Shown piece by piece: positions 1 to 29,216 of a DNA stretch of 64,000 nt (its first letter is position 1; each line of letters begins with the position of its first letter). Below the pieces are notes generated by a model, which saw nothing but the letters and a program-made list of their open reading frames with translations, did no database searches and had not been told where the DNA came from. The DNA comes from the human T2T-CHM13v2.0 reference genome, Homo sapiens: NCBI RefSeq assembly GCF_009914755.1, contig NC_060933.1. One strand, given 5' to 3'. The position numbers were made by a program, and so were the translations under genes.

Positions 1-280
<280 letters not shown>

Positions 281-789
281 TAATCTTTGAAAAAGGGCAG
301 GCAGAAACTATTTTAAGTAGTTTAGATATTTAGAACTAAATATGGTGATGGGGCAAGCCAAGTTGGTATCAGAGTGGTGACAGGCCAGCTTGGCTGATGC
401 CTAGTGATCTAGGAGGAGGGAGTAGGTGGTACTCTCACAGGTAGCCAGTGTCAGCAGGGTCAAGGCAGACATATGCCTGGAAGTAACCACCTCTCAGCAT
501 TCTAAATGGAATCAAGTTTGTAAGGCAGATAATGACACTTAGCTGATGAACTACTTCTATCAGAAAGGCCACTTGGGCAGCCCTATAGAAACAGTCCAAA
601 CATTAATTGCAGTCAGTCTCTTAGTCTATCTGCTCCCAGGGGGCTATGAGGAGCAGAGGCTCCTGAATTCATGGCCCATACTCACAGGCTTTCTTGGCCA
701 TCATCATTCACATTTTCTGTAAATGGTGCCCCCATGCCAACCCTGACCACTCTCTTGTGTAAGCCAGAAGTTTGGGAGTCCTTTAAATT

Positions 790-971
790 AGTACCTTCTC
801 AAGTGTGGCAGGAGGTCCATCATCATCAGAATTACCAGAGCTGCTTATTAAAAATTCAGGTTCCAGCATCTTTATACTCAAGATCTACAAAATCAGAACC
901 TCTGAGCATGGGCCCAGGAACTTCCATTTTAAACAAGTGTCCCAGGTCCCACCAAACCTTGAGAACCACTG
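790..971. mobile_element. MER5-like hAT element
   Basis: aatcagaacctctg...gggcccaggaa...ttttaaacaag...ttgagaaccactg. Confidence 0.65.
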
Positions 972-1479
972 ATGTAAATACTTCTCCCTGACTTTCAAAT
1001 TGAATCTATTGGTGAATCTTTTGTGTTCTACACCCAAGTATCTTTTTGGTCTGTCTGTGTCTCATACCATGACTGCCATCATCTCAAACCCAGGTGTTCT
1101 GGGTAGGGTCTTGACTATGTTCATACATCTCCAAGCAATTTTCTTCTTGTCTGCATAAAAATCAGACTGCACACTGTGTCTACTTAAACTTCCTTGTTTC
1201 TGCTTGTTACTTGCTTCTACTTGTTACTTCCAGTGATGCTTTATTTAAAAAAGTAAATTCCAAACATTGATCTTCAAGATTGGGGATGATCTGACCTTGG
1301 CCTACTACTTGCCCATTCTTGGAATGTTCAGTTTGCAGCACTGCTGGTTTCTGCGCTGTACCCACACTGGCTTCTTTTTGACCCTCACATTGCCATGTTT
1401 CTGTCTCACTATGACCTTTGAAGGAGCTTCTCTGTCTCTTGAGGATGCTAGGCCTCTGTACCTCTCAATCTTGTTGTTA

Positions 1480-1650
1480 GCTAACTCTTATCTTTAAGAC
1501 ATCAGCTTATTCCAGTTGCAATTAATTATGAATGTAATTATTTGTCTGCTTTCTCCTTTCTGATAAGACTCTTTTATGAGCTACCATGTCCCCAAACTGT
1601 CTGTCAATAGTGGGTGCTCAATAAATATTGTTTGAATGAATGAATGAATG
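1480..1650 (+). mobile_element. L2 3' end
   Basis: ggtgctcaataaatattgtttgaatgaatgaatgaatg tail. Confidence 0.65.
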
Positions 1651-1973
1651 CACAGTACCCTCCAATGTGCATCTTCTTCTCCATTTTCTGAATGTTTCTA
1701 TTTTCCTGACTGTTGGAGGAAAGATGCCTCCAGACAATGGCCTCTGTACCAATTCAGGGGAATAATCTTACTCTCACCTCCCAGACCTTACCTGGTGAAC
1801 TCATCAGCAGGCCTCATATGGCCTATATGTGAAACAAACTTTTATTAACATAAAAGCATGAATACAGAAACACTGAAAACAGAAGACAATCAGTGAATAC
1901 TTGGCTAAAGTCTACAGAACACAGAGAAGGTAAAGAACAAATGACTGTTATCCTTAACTCAGCATCTGAATTA

Positions 1974-2379
<406 letters not shown>

Positions 2380-2916
2380 TTAGAAATCATTATTTCTCAA
2401 AAAGCATTCTTGTATGAAATTGGAGATGTTTCTACTCTTTTCCTAATGTAAACAATGGTGCAGCTAATAAACTTTTATAAGGGACTGCATATGTGTGCTA
2501 GTGTGTCTGAGGGGTCAATCCTCAGGCACAGATGTGATTGTTCTCCTCAGAGGCCCTTCCAAGTGGCACTCCCAGCTGTTAAATCCTCCGCATACCATTT
2601 ATCAGGTTTTAATCTTTTAATGATCTGGTGGATTAAAATGGTATCTTATAGTTGAGTTCTTTTTTCTCTTACTATGGATCTGGTTGAAAATCTTTTATAT
2701 TTTACAGCCCTGTATGCTGCGTTTTCTGGAACTGCTTATATCTTTTATTTCTATTGTATTGTAGATCTTTTGCTTAATGACTTCTAGGAGTTTTTTTATG
2801 TATAAGGGAAACTGTGTGCTATGACTTTTAACTATTATTTTCCAATCTGTAATTTGCTTTTGATGGTTTTGCCATGAAGACTTTTTGTTATGTCATTGGG
2901 TTTATCCATCTCTTCT

Positions 2917-4840
<1,924 letters not shown>

Positions 4841-5048
4841 AAATGGTAATTTGACCTTCTCTTTAATTGCTTTTAAGGGACTAGCTCTTTGTTTGAAAGA
4901 CATTTTGTAAATCTTTAGTATCTAGACAGCTGGACTATTTATTGTTCGGTCTTTCTCCCAGTTAGCTCCTATAAACCACGAGATGAAAGTACATTTCAAA
5001 TCAATAAGCCATGTGACAACAAAACTAGCAGATGTTGTAGAATCCTTG

Positions 5049-5093
5049 CCAAATAAGGAGGATTGGGTATAAAAGCCAGCACACAACCAATCA
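5049..5093 (+). promoter_or_regulatory. Candidate CArG/CCAAT/TATA cassette
   Basis: CCAAATAAGG, GATTGG, TATAAAAG and CCAATCA within 45 bp; motif evidence only. Confidence 0.35.
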
Positions 5094-5550
5094 CAGGCTG
5101 CAGAAGAAGCGAGAGAGCACTCATAGGCACGGGGAGCAGCCAGTACTCCACCCTCACAGAAGCAAAGTCCCAAAATTATATACACGATTAAAAAATTATT
5201 TTCTACATAATTAATTCAAAGTTTCTTCTACAATGACTGGTAACTTAGTACTTAGCATTTAGCAGTTTTAGAAATCACATTTTCAGGACTAGGAAAGGGT
5301 GGAAAGATGCATTTTACTTGGTGAAATCATTGGGAAATATTTTTGTTGTTGAGGAGGTGCATATAGAAGTAGACCCTTTAATTTGGGGAATACATAATCC
5401 ATTGTATTAGTTAATTGGAGGAAAGGGCAGGAAAAAGATACAAAAAAAATTTTGGATTTGAATCTTTCATGGTATTGATTTATTTTTTCTTCTTTGACTA
5501 AATAAAAAACATACCGTGAGATACCACAAAGCAAAAAGGCATTTGGGGAG

Positions 5551-5848
5551 TGCCTTAGTTCATCTTTTGCTACTATAACAGAATACCACGCAATGAATAA
5601 TTTATAATGAACAGGAATTTATTTCCTCACAGTTCTGGAGTTATTGGGAAGTCCAAGATCAAGGCACCAGCATTTGGCAAGGGACTTCTTGCTGGGTTAA
5701 AGAGAGCAAGAGGGAGTGATTCCACTCCTGTAATAACAGCATCAGATAACCTAAATACTTCTTAAAAGTTCCCACCTCTGAATACTGTTATGATGGCAGT
5801 TAGATTTCAACATGATTTTTGGAGGAGACAAACATTAAAACCATAACA
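5551..5848 (-). mobile_element. MaLR LTR (MST/MLT1-like)
   Basis: aatttatttcctcacagttctggag...aagtccaagatcaaggcaccagca...ttttggaggagacaaacatt signature. Confidence 0.7.
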
Positions 5849-6142
5849 AGGAAGGAGGAGTAAATTCCTCCCGCAATCAGTTTTCGGTTTGACTGGTACT
5901 TGGTACAGACAGTGAGTCTCCCTAATTACATTTGAGTTTTTGTAAGGCAGCCTGATACCTTTTTTTCTTCTCTAATGTGGGGAAAAGGTACATTAGGCAG
6001 AAAGATTACGTTCTACAAGTTAATAAGGGATTATATAATTTGAGATACATTTATAAAACATTATTATTTGTAAAACATCTGAAATGTTTTATAAATGGTT
6101 GCTATGAGAACAATGAAAATGTAATTACAAAAATGTACCCTA

Positions 6143-7805
<1,663 letters not shown>

Positions 7806-7834
7806 TTAGATTCTACTGCAATCATTTACTTTTT

Positions 7835-11468
<3,634 letters not shown>

Positions 11469-12423
11469 AACTGCTTCATTTGTTATTGCTACGTGGTATG
11501 GCCTTAGTAAATGCTTGGTGCTGTTCTTTTGTTCTTATTAAGATTTTCCAGTATGGGGAAGTGACTTAGATTTTTTTGCATATGAAGCACAATTCTGTTT
11601 GTCCGTTTTCAAGTATTTCATCTTTTTGTTTTCCCAAGTATTTTTATTAGATCGTGTGTTATTATTTTTGCTTCTAGTTAGAAGTTATTGGCTAAATTTT
11701 AAAAATATAATAATAGTGGCTTAAGACTATTTTAAAGTAGACCTGGCTTTCTTGTCTTTATTTTCAGACTTCCATAGCTTATTAGAATAAGACTGCCCTC
11801 CCATGGTGAAAATTAGGTAATTTTTTTCAGTAAATTTAATGGGCTTATTTTTGGAAAAAATAATTTAAAATATATATATTTTTAAAATATGTGGGAAATA
11901 AGTGATAAGCTATTCTGTGTTTCCAAATAAACAGAGATTGTAGAATCCTCCCCAGCCCCCACTAGCTATAGAGTCACAGTGGCTGACCAGCATGGGAGGC
12001 CCTGGCCACAGCTTTTCATGAGTTGGTGGTCTTAAGTCACCTGTCTCTCTGGAGAATCAGTTTTATAATCTTAAAATGAAGAGGTTTCAATGAGGCTGCT
12101 CCACATCTAAACTTGTGTGGCTCCTTTGTCTTTCTATGCCACCTTCTCTTTGTCTTCCTATTATTTTATGGGATATCGCTTTATATCTAGTCCTCTTTCT
12201 CAATCCCATGTTAAAATTCTTGGAATGCTCTTGAGTCTTATTGGTCTGATCCCCTCTATATTTTCTGTAGAATTATGTAATATTACTACAAGTACCATTT
12301 GGGTGAAAGGAACTCTTTGATCTTCAAAGTAGTGAAATGATTCTAAGTATGGATAAGAGTGGTGAATATAGAGACCTAGGAACCAGAATTTCTGTTACTT
12401 ATGTTTATTCAAGTTAATATTTA

Positions 12424-12843
12424 CAGTGGCCTCCCCTTATCCACAGTTTTGCTTTCCCCCATTTGAGTTACCCATGGTCAACCATGGTCCAAAAATATTA
12501 AATGGAAAATTCCAGAAAGAAATAATTCATGTTTCAAATTACATGCTATTTTGAGTAGCCTGACGAAGTCCTGTGCTGTCCAGCTCTGTCTAGTCCAGGA
12601 CATGAATCATCCCTGTGTGCAACATATCCACACTATATACACTCACCTCCCATTAGTCACTTAGGGTTATCAGATCACCTGTCATGGTATCCCAGCACTT
12701 ACGTTGTAGTAAACCTTATGTCAAAGAGAATCTATAACGGGGTGCCTAGTCTTTTGGCTTCCCTGGGCCACATTGGAAGAAAAAGAATTGTCATGGGCCA
12801 CACATAAAACACACTAACACTAGTGATAGCTGATGAGTTAAAA

Positions 12844-12896
<53 letters not shown>

Positions 12897-13374
12897 AGAA
12901 AACTCATCATGTTTTAAGAAAGCTTACGAATTTGTGTTGGGCCACATTCAAAGCCATCCTGGGCTACAGTGGGCCATGGCTGTGGGTTGGACAAGCTTGA
13001 TCTATAAAGTGCTTCCCTTAAGTGAAAACTTTTCCCTTAGTAAAAGTTCTCAACTTAATAAGGAAAGAAAAAGAATGGTATGGTAAGAGTGCTAACATCT
13101 GTAGTAAGACCAAATCTCCTATCTGTAAAATTGTGAAGAAGGAAAAAGAAACTAGTTTAGTTTCCTGTTGCACCTCAAACTGCGAAAGTTATGACCACAA
13201 TTAATGCATTATAAGTATTTAGTTAAGAGGGAAAAGGCATTAAATCTGTGAGTGGAAGACGTGAACAGAAATGTGTTTTGACTGACAACAATCAGGTTTT
13301 GTACTTGCTGTGGTTTCAGGCATCTACAGGGGATGTCTTGAAACATATCCCCCAAGGTAAAACCGAGACTATTG
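12424..13374 (+). mobile_element. MER44/Tigger7-like TcMar DNA transposon, interrupted by MER30
   Basis: TA followed by a cagtggcctccccttatcc terminus and a degenerate matching end ...gagactattg. Confidence 0.7.
12738..12999 (+). mobile_element. MER30 (hAT-Charlie) with internal (AAAT)13
   Basis: cttttggcttccctgggccacattggaag...ggttggacaagcttg; perfect 8-bp TSD atctataa at 12730-12737 and 13000-13007. Confidence 0.85.
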
Positions 13375-13376
13375 TT

Positions 13377-13640
13377 CAGTAAGTCCTCACTTAACATCGT
13401 CAATGGGTTCTTTGAAACTGCGACTTTAAGTGAAATGACATATAATGAAACCAATTTTACCATAGGCTAATTGTTATCAAACAAGTGTTAAGTTCCTGTG
13501 GCATATTTCTGGTTATAGAATCATCACCGAACTTCGTAATGAAGACCCAAAACACTTCTAATATTAAACATTGAAATAAATGTGAGCTATCTGTATGTTT
13601 AAGAAAACGTTAATAAAAAACAAGTGCATGAATTTTTGTA
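13377..13640 (+). mobile_element. MER82-like Tigger fragment
   Basis: cagtaagtcctcacttaacatcgtc...gaaactgcgactttaagtgaaa terminus. Confidence 0.65.
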
Positions 13641-13649
13641 TTTTATTAG

Positions 13650-17200
<3,551 letters not shown>

Positions 17201-17214
17201 CACTATTAAAGTAA

Positions 17215-17985
17215 TGTTGGGGGTGCCTGTGGGCGAGTACCTGCAGGCAAAGCAGCATGGGGGAGGCTGCAGTGGGGAGAGGGCGTGTGCAAGCTGGTGC
17301 ATGTCAGCAGTGGCCTCTCTGCTGGAGCACTCTGCCAGTTAGGTGAGCTCAGCCACTACAGGAGCTGACATGGGCCCCTAGGAGTTACCTGGCGGCTGTA
17401 CTGCAAGCAGGTGTGGCCAGGCTGGGGACCCTGGAGAGACCAACAGACCAAACAGTGGTCCAGTCGGACCAGCCCTGTCTCCTGGAGTTCAGGTCCAGCA
17501 GTTCCCCTAGGGCCAACGTCTCCTATGGGAGCAAGTTGAGCCTAGGGGGATGGGCGTCCCTGTTCATGCTCCACTGCAGATGCTTCTGCACTAAACCCTC
17601 TGGGCTCCACACCAGCTGGAGTTCTGTGCCTACCACTTCTCTAAGCAGCTTTCTCTGCCAACTTAAATGTTCAAGGTGGTCACAGTGTCTCATCCTGCTG
17701 GGCTTCCAGAGGCCTCTGGTGAGAGTGGGTTTCTCCTTTGTCTGTTCAGTCACCCCTTCTTCAAGCATCATTGGGGTCCAGCAATGAGTCCCGGTGCGCG
17801 GTAGCCCCATGCAGGGTTCCCAGCTTCCTTCCCCTTGAGCCTAGCATCTCTGTCTTCCCTCATCTGCTCTTAATGCCTTCCCTCTGAAGATCTGCTAGGA
17901 GTGAGCTAGTCTTCCTGATGTCGTGGTCCCTCCATTGGAGATGTTCTCCCTGACTGCATCTAGTTGTCCACCTTGGAGCCTGACA
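17215..17985 (-). mobile_element. GC-rich segment, probably an old L1 5' UTR fragment
   Basis: Abrupt GC-rich block between L1M pieces; resembles L1P/L1M 5' ends by eye only. Confidence 0.4.
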
Positions 17986-18108
17986 AGAGTGTTTTAAAAT
18001 GGACTGTAGTGATGGTTGTACAACCCTGAGTATAAAAATCAATGAATTGTATACTTTAAAGGATTGAATTATATAGTATATTAATTGTACCTCAATAAAG
18101 CTGTTATT

Positions 18109-18400
18109 GGCCGGGCGTGGTAGCTCACGCCTGTAATCTCAACACTTTGGGAGGCCGAGGTGGGCCAATCACCTGAGGTCAGGAGTTGAAGACCAGCCTG
18201 GCCAACATGGTAAAACCCTGTCTCTACTAAAAATACAAAAATTAGCTGGGCGTGTTGGTAGACACCTGTAATCCCAGCTACTTGAGAGGCTGAGCAGGAG
18301 AATCACTTGAACCTGAGAGGTGGAGGTTGCAGTGAGCCGAGTTACACCACTGCACTCCAGCCTGGACGACAGAGCAAGATAATGTCTCAAAAAAAAAAAA
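18109..18400 (+). mobile_element. AluS
   Basis: Alu consensus; flanking gctgttatt duplication. Confidence 0.9.
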
Positions 18401-19599
18401 TGCTGTTATTAAGATAATAATAGGGATGGAAGTATATATGAAATGATTGGTTATAAATTAATAATTTTTGAAACTGAGTGAGAAGTATACAGAAGTTTAT
18501 TATTTTATTCTTTCTACTTTCGCTTCTGTCATAAATTCTCCTTGGTAAAAAGGTAAAGAATAAAAGTTGCTAGCACTGTAAATGTAAAGAAAAAAAAACT
18601 CTCCATCACTGGAAGTCTTAATACCAGGACTTTATACAAATGATTGTGCCTTGACTGTAAAGCCAAGGAATGGCATGTGCTTTTGTGCCTTAGCCTGAGT
18701 TGTCCCAGTGTTTCTGCCTCTTTAGACCCTCTATAATTTCATTCTTTTTCTATATTTGGGTTCATTTTAAAGCAGCTCCTTAATTTTTTATTATTTCTCC
18801 AAGAGAGATATAACTGCTGGAAATGTTTTCTTTGTTATAGCACTGGTCAGAGGTGATTGGGAAAATCGGTTTCAGAGCTCCTCAGAGTCTATAATAGAAA
18901 CTATAATGAATGCCTCCATTAATAAATACTTAATAAAAGTGCATTGGGGAAAAATGCCGTTTGCCCCTTCCTCTGTGTAATGTAGAATATAACAGTGTAT
19001 CTCTAAATAGTAACTGTAGTCTGTTGTAGAGCTATAAGGTAAAGTGAGCTACTGGAGTGGAAGAAGATATAGCAGATAAAAACACATTGTGTTCCTAAGG
19101 TGTGAATAAATTTTTTTTCTTTTCCTTCACTAATAAGCATCATTCAGTGATTTCATTCAGAAAAGTATATTGAACAAAGGCAGCATGTTAGCTTTGGGGA
19201 GGGGAAGAGAGGATGCAAAGATGACTAACACACAGTCCTTGCAACCAAGCTATCTAAAATCCTCTGGAGAATATGAAAGAACAGACCAAGCTGGGCAACA
19301 GAGTGGGACTCTGTCTCTTAAAAAAAAAAAAAAATAGAAAAGAAAAGAAAAACAGAAAGAGAGTGAGGGAGGGAGAGAAAGAGAAAAAAAGGAATGAAGA
19401 AAAGGAGGGAAAAAGGGAGGGCTGGAAGAATAGTCAACTATGTATTCATCTCAGCTCAGTAAATCAGCACTTTAGGTAAGATAAAGTAAACAGAGTAGCT
19501 ACCTGTGGGGACATCTGGCCTTCTAAATGTTTCAAAACAAAGGAATGAGTTGCTTGCATGATTCAGCTTCGAGCTTAACTTTTCCTCTTTAACATAGTG

Positions 19600-20121
19600 T
19601 AGCGGACCCCAGACTTTTTGTCACCAGGGACCAGTTTTGTGGAATACAATTTTTCCACGGACAGGCATGAGGGAGGAAGGAATGGTTTCAGGGTGATTCA
19701 ATCGCATTACATTTATTGTGTACTTTGTTTCTATTATTATTACATTGTAATATATAATGAAATAATTATACAGATCACCATCATGTAGAATCAGTAGGAA
19801 CCCTGAGCTTGTTTTCCTGCAACTAGATGGTCCCACCTGGGGGTGATGGGAGACAGTGACAGGTCATCAGACAGTAGATTCTCATAAGGAGCATGCAAGT
19901 TAGATCCCTCACATGTGTGGTTCATAATAGGGTTTGCACTCCTATGAGAATCTAATGTCACTGCTGATTTGACAGGAGATGGAGCTCAGGCAGTAACACA
20001 AGCAATGGGAAGTGGCTGTAAATACAGATGAAGCTTCACTCACTTGCCCACCTTTCACCTCCTGCTGTGTATTTCAGTTCGTACCAGTTGTGGTCCATGA
20101 CCCTAGGGTTATAGACCCCTG
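19600..20121 (+). mobile_element. MER1A (hAT-Charlie)
   Basis: caccagggaccagttttgtggaatacaatttttccacggac...gacccctg; near-perfect 8-bp TSD (a/g)catagtg. Confidence 0.85.
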
Positions 20122-20622
20122 GCATAGTGAATTTGGGGTCCTGAGATTTTGTTTTCCTTTCACATATTCCAACAAGAATGTGATTGTGATACAGTGACTG
20201 AGAATAAAAAGGAAGGAATGGATGCAAGAAGCATGAGAAGGTAGGGCAGGACTTGGCACCTGGTTGTCCGTAGAGATGCAGGAAGGTTAGAAATCAGCTG
20301 AGCAACTCCTAGAAGTTTAGAACCTGCACAGCTGGGAGGAAAAACAGAGTCAATAGGGACCTTATGAGTTCGAAGGAAATGGTTTATGATGTTCATTTTG
20401 ATTGAGTTTTATGCCACCAGATGTTTAAGTTTGCTTCTGAAAGGTTGCTACTTTTGAATGAGGTAAGTGTTTGAGATGTGGATTTTGAAGGACTCACCCT
20501 AAAGGTAATGATTACAATGGATGAAATTTTTAGGGAATAAAGAGAAGAGACCAAATGAAGGATATTGGGGAACACTAGCCACTAAAGGACAACCAGAAAA
20601 GCATAATGTGTGTTAGCAAAGT

Positions 20623-21531
<909 letters not shown>

Positions 21532-21667
21532 AAGTGAACAGAGATTTTCAAGAAAAATAGTGTATCATCATAGTTAAAAGCATGGAGCTAGACTGCTGTA
21601 TTCAAATCCCAGATCTGCCACAAGTGATTTAATTTCCTTAGCTCCTACACCTAAAAAAACAGATACA

Positions 21668-21943
21668 GGCTGGGTGTGGTGGCTCAAGCCTGTAATCCCA
21701 GCACTTTGGGAGGCCAAGGCGGGCGGACACGAGGTCAGGAGATCGAGACCATCGTGGCTAACACAGTGAAACCCCGTCTCTACTAAAAATACAAAAAATT
21801 AGCCGGGCGTGGTGGCGGGCGCCTGTAGTCCCAGCTACTCAGGAGGCTGAGGCAGAATGGCGTGAACCCAGGAGGCAGAGCTTGCAGTGAGCCAAGATTG
21901 CACCACTGCACTCCAGCCTGGGTGATGAGCGAGACTCTATCTC

Positions 21944-21980
<37 letters not shown>
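21668..21980 (+). mobile_element. AluY with long pure A tail, inserted in a MIR-like sequence
   Basis: AluY diagnostics, many retained CpGs, A36 tail. Confidence 0.9.
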
Positions 21981-21983
<3 letters not shown>

Positions 21984-22074
21984 CAGATATAAGTAAAAGT
22001 ACCTCATAGGGTTATTGTGAGGATTAAAAGTAAGGCATTTAGAAGAATATCTGAAAATGTTCTTTAAACATCAG

Positions 22075-22450
22075 TGATATGGTTTGGATCTGTGTTCCCA
22101 CCCAAATCTCATGTCAAATTTTAATCCCCAATGTTGGAGGTTGGGCCTGGTGGGAGGTGATTGGATCATGGGGGCGGATTTTCCCCTTGGAGCAGTTCTC
22201 ATGATAGTAAGTGAGTTCTCATGAGATCAGGTCATTTAAAAGTGTGTGGCACCTCCCCTTTCTCTAGCCAAGTGAAATGCTGCTCCCCCTTCTCCTTCCG
22301 CCATCATTGGATGCTTCCTGAGGCCTCCCCAGAAGCAGACTCTGCCATGCTTCCTATACAGCCTGCAGAACTATGAGCCAATTAAACATTGTTTATAAAT
22401 TACCCAGTGTCAGGTATTTCTTTATAGCAGTGTGAGAATGGACTAATAAA
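22075..22450 (+). mobile_element. MaLR solo LTR (MSTA-like)
   Basis: tgatatggtttggatctgtg...gaatggactaata; 5-bp TSD atcag on both sides. Confidence 0.85.
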
Positions 22451-22589
22451 ATCAGCTATTATTGTTTAATGTTATTTGTATAAGATAATTTTGGGAAAAT
22501 AGATTAAGGAGAATTGTTAGGTCAGCCACAACAGATTAAGGTCCATGTGAATAGAAAGGTAATACAGACTGAGGTAAGGCAATTCTTTC

Positions 22590-26240
<3,651 letters not shown>

Positions 26241-26339
26241 CAATTCTTTCAAAAAGGGATTGAATTGTGAATGAAAGAGAAATAGTATGGTAGCTTAAGG
26301 GAAACGAAAATTGAAATTTTTTAAAAAAAGCTTTTGGAA

Positions 26340-26480
26340 TGCTGGGTGTGGTGGCTCACGCCTGTAATCCCATCTACTCTGGAGTCTGAGACAGGAAGAT
26401 CACTTAAGCCCAAGAGTTTGAGACCAGCCTGGACAATTTGTGGAAAGACCTCATCTCAGGAAAAAAAAGAAAAAAAAAAA
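26340..26480 (+). mobile_element. Alu left monomer (FLAM-like)
   Basis: Single arm plus A tail. Confidence 0.75.
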
Positions 26481-27149
26481 GTTTTTGTTTTAGTGACTTC
26501 TAAATACCTCATAATAGTTAAAGAAAATCACTTCAGTAATTTAGTCCTTCATAAACCCAATAAATAGTAAGTCACTTGTTTTCAATCTTTAATGGATTTT
26601 TCCAGTGGGTAATATTTTGTATTCACCAGAAAATGTGTTTTTGGCAGTAAATGTTAATGCAGTTTTGGTTGTTTATGATTTTTATTAGTGATTTGTTTTT
26701 TGCAAACTTAAAACCAAAAATGGCTAACAGCTGGAAGATTGAAAATACAAACATAAACCTCAGTGAATTAATTGCAGGGATTTCAAGAATCATTTCCAGT
26801 ATTTTAAAATTTTGGTTTTGTCTTTTCTTTTTGTAAAAAGATTAACTTGGCTACTTTAAGCTCCACTATTCAGATCATAGATAAATCTGTCTTTTATTCT
26901 AACCTTAGTATTTACCTTATGATTTTAATGATGAATTTCAAGATGTTGGGTTTTTTCAATGTCAGTAAACATTTTTTACTTTTACATATGTTCTTATAAG
27001 TGCCATGATATCACAATTTTTTGTTACATTGTAGAAAAATTTATTTTGTTTATTAAAGCAATTGAAACTTTAGAATATTTTAATTTTTGAGTGATTATTA
27101 TAGTATTGTTTTCTTTTATCTTTAAGGACTTCATGATCTTTTATTTTTC

Positions 27150-27340
27150 TTTGTAAATGTTTATGGTTTACAAAGCATTGCATATATATTTTTATCATTT
27201 ATTCTTCATAGCAACCTTGTTCAGTGTTGTCACCCCTACCCTTTATAGGTGAGGAAGCAGGCTCAGAGAGGTGGTAACTTGCCCAAGACTATAAATGGAA
27301 CTGGATTTCCAAGGCAAAGTTCTGCAACCCGGGACACTGC
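27150..27340 (-). mobile_element. MIR (similar fragments near 40500-40670, 49130-49350, 62650-62780)
   Basis: Core ttataggtgaggaagcaggctcagagaggtggtaacttgcccaag. Confidence 0.7.
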
Positions 27341-27503
27341 TGGTTCTAGCACTACTGGTGGTGAACATTTATTATTAAAATCATACTATCATCATCCCTC
27401 TACTCATACCATGGTCTTCCCTCTTTTTTTGCTCAAAAAAGTAGCAGTTTTGTTCTAGGTTTCCAGATATGTCATTTTAGAAATTGACTAACTTTCCTGT
27501 AAA

Positions 27504-28062
27504 GCCGTTGTTTGCAACCTGCTGAGATTTTGCCCTACCTTCCACCACTCCCTGCAGGGACATTTGTCAATTTCTGGAGAAATTGTTGTTTGTCAAAACT
27601 ATAGAGGTAGAGGGGAGGCTGGATGCAGTGGCTCATGCCTGTAATCCTAACACTTTAGGAGGCTAAGGCTTGGAGGATTACTTGAAGCCAGGAGTTCAAT
27701 ATCAGCCTGGGCAACAAAGTGAGACCCTGTCTCCACAAAAAATTAGCTGAGCACAGTGGTATGCACCTGTAGTCCCAGCTACTTGGAAGCCTGAAGCAGG
27801 AGGATTGCTTGAGCCTAGGAGTTTGTGGCTACAGTGTGCTATGATCACACTGCTGCACTGAAGCCTGGGCAACAGAGCAAGACTCTGTCTCTTAACAAAA
27901 TAAAAAACAAACAAAAACCTGTGGAGGGCAGGGGACGCAGGTGTTACTGCCATCTAGTGTGTAGAGACCAGGGTGCAACTAAAAGATGTACAGGGCAGCC
28001 CCTGCCGCAAAGAATGACCTGGCCCAAAATGTCAAGGGAGCCAAAGTTGAGTAACTCCACTG
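27504..28062. mobile_element. MER20 split by an AluJ (27616-27917, +)
   Basis: gggacatttgtcaatttctggag...catctagtg...gagaccaggg...aaagaatgacctggcccaaaatgtcaa. Confidence 0.7.
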
Positions 28063-28291
28063 TGAAGAATAAGACTTTATTTACCCATTCTTAACCTCGA
28101 AATCCAAACCTCCATCTCTTGTATATCTGTAATGTTGTTCTTTCCCCCTCGCCCCCAAGTTATTTAAAATCTTGTTTTTGATGTAGCTTAATATAAAGGT
28201 GATTATCTTTCATAGCATAGGAATTACATGGTGTATTGTTATTATTATATGTATTAATAACATGTATTATTGTTATTAAGAATTTACATTA

Positions 28292-28591
<300 letters not shown>

Positions 28592-28707
28592 GTAATAATA
28601 ATTGACATTAATACTGCTCTAAACATGTTATATATAGATTAGAGTTTTCTGAAGAATAGTTTATATTGCTGGGTGGGTGAAGAAAAATAACATCAAAGCA
28701 CAAATAT

Positions 28708-28713
28708 TTTATT
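28708..28713 (-). terminator. Distal polyadenylation signal AATAAA
   Basis: TTTATT on +; downstream on - reads ...tttgtgctttgatgttatttttc (GU/U-rich). Confidence 0.75.
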
Positions 28714-29210
28714 TCAAACCAATATTTTTAATGAAAATTTCCCTGTTTTCTGATTTTACATATGTTGAATGCCAATAAGAAATACATAAAGAACTCTGAG
28801 CATTTATATAGAGCTTTCGGTTTCTGTCTGTTTAATTTGATGCTCTGCTTATTCAGTTATACTAGATGTGTTTCTCAGAGTTATCCAGTCCATACGTATT
28901 TGAAGAGACAATTTGGTGTAGAATTGTTAGTGTCCAGGCTCTTCCAAGCAAGGTCTTCCAAAGGGATATCTCAAAAATATTCCTTAGAGTTGAAGTGGCA
29001 ATGTTATATAGCCTAACAATTTTCATGCTATTAAAAGCTTATAATAGCGGATCATTAAAATGCGAGTTACAGATTTTATGAAACACTACACGTTTTTACA
29101 GAGATTTTTAAATCAGGTAATAATTAAAAAAAAAAAAGCATATGCTATAGCCCCAAACCAGCTCTTATGAGTAGCATTTATCAAGTTGGTAATGAACATT
29201 TACTGAAGGC

Positions 29211-29216
29211 TTTATT
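29211..29216 (-). terminator. Candidate proximal polyadenylation signal AATAAA
   Basis: TTTATT on + inside the 3' UTR; usage not demonstrable from sequence. Confidence 0.4.
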
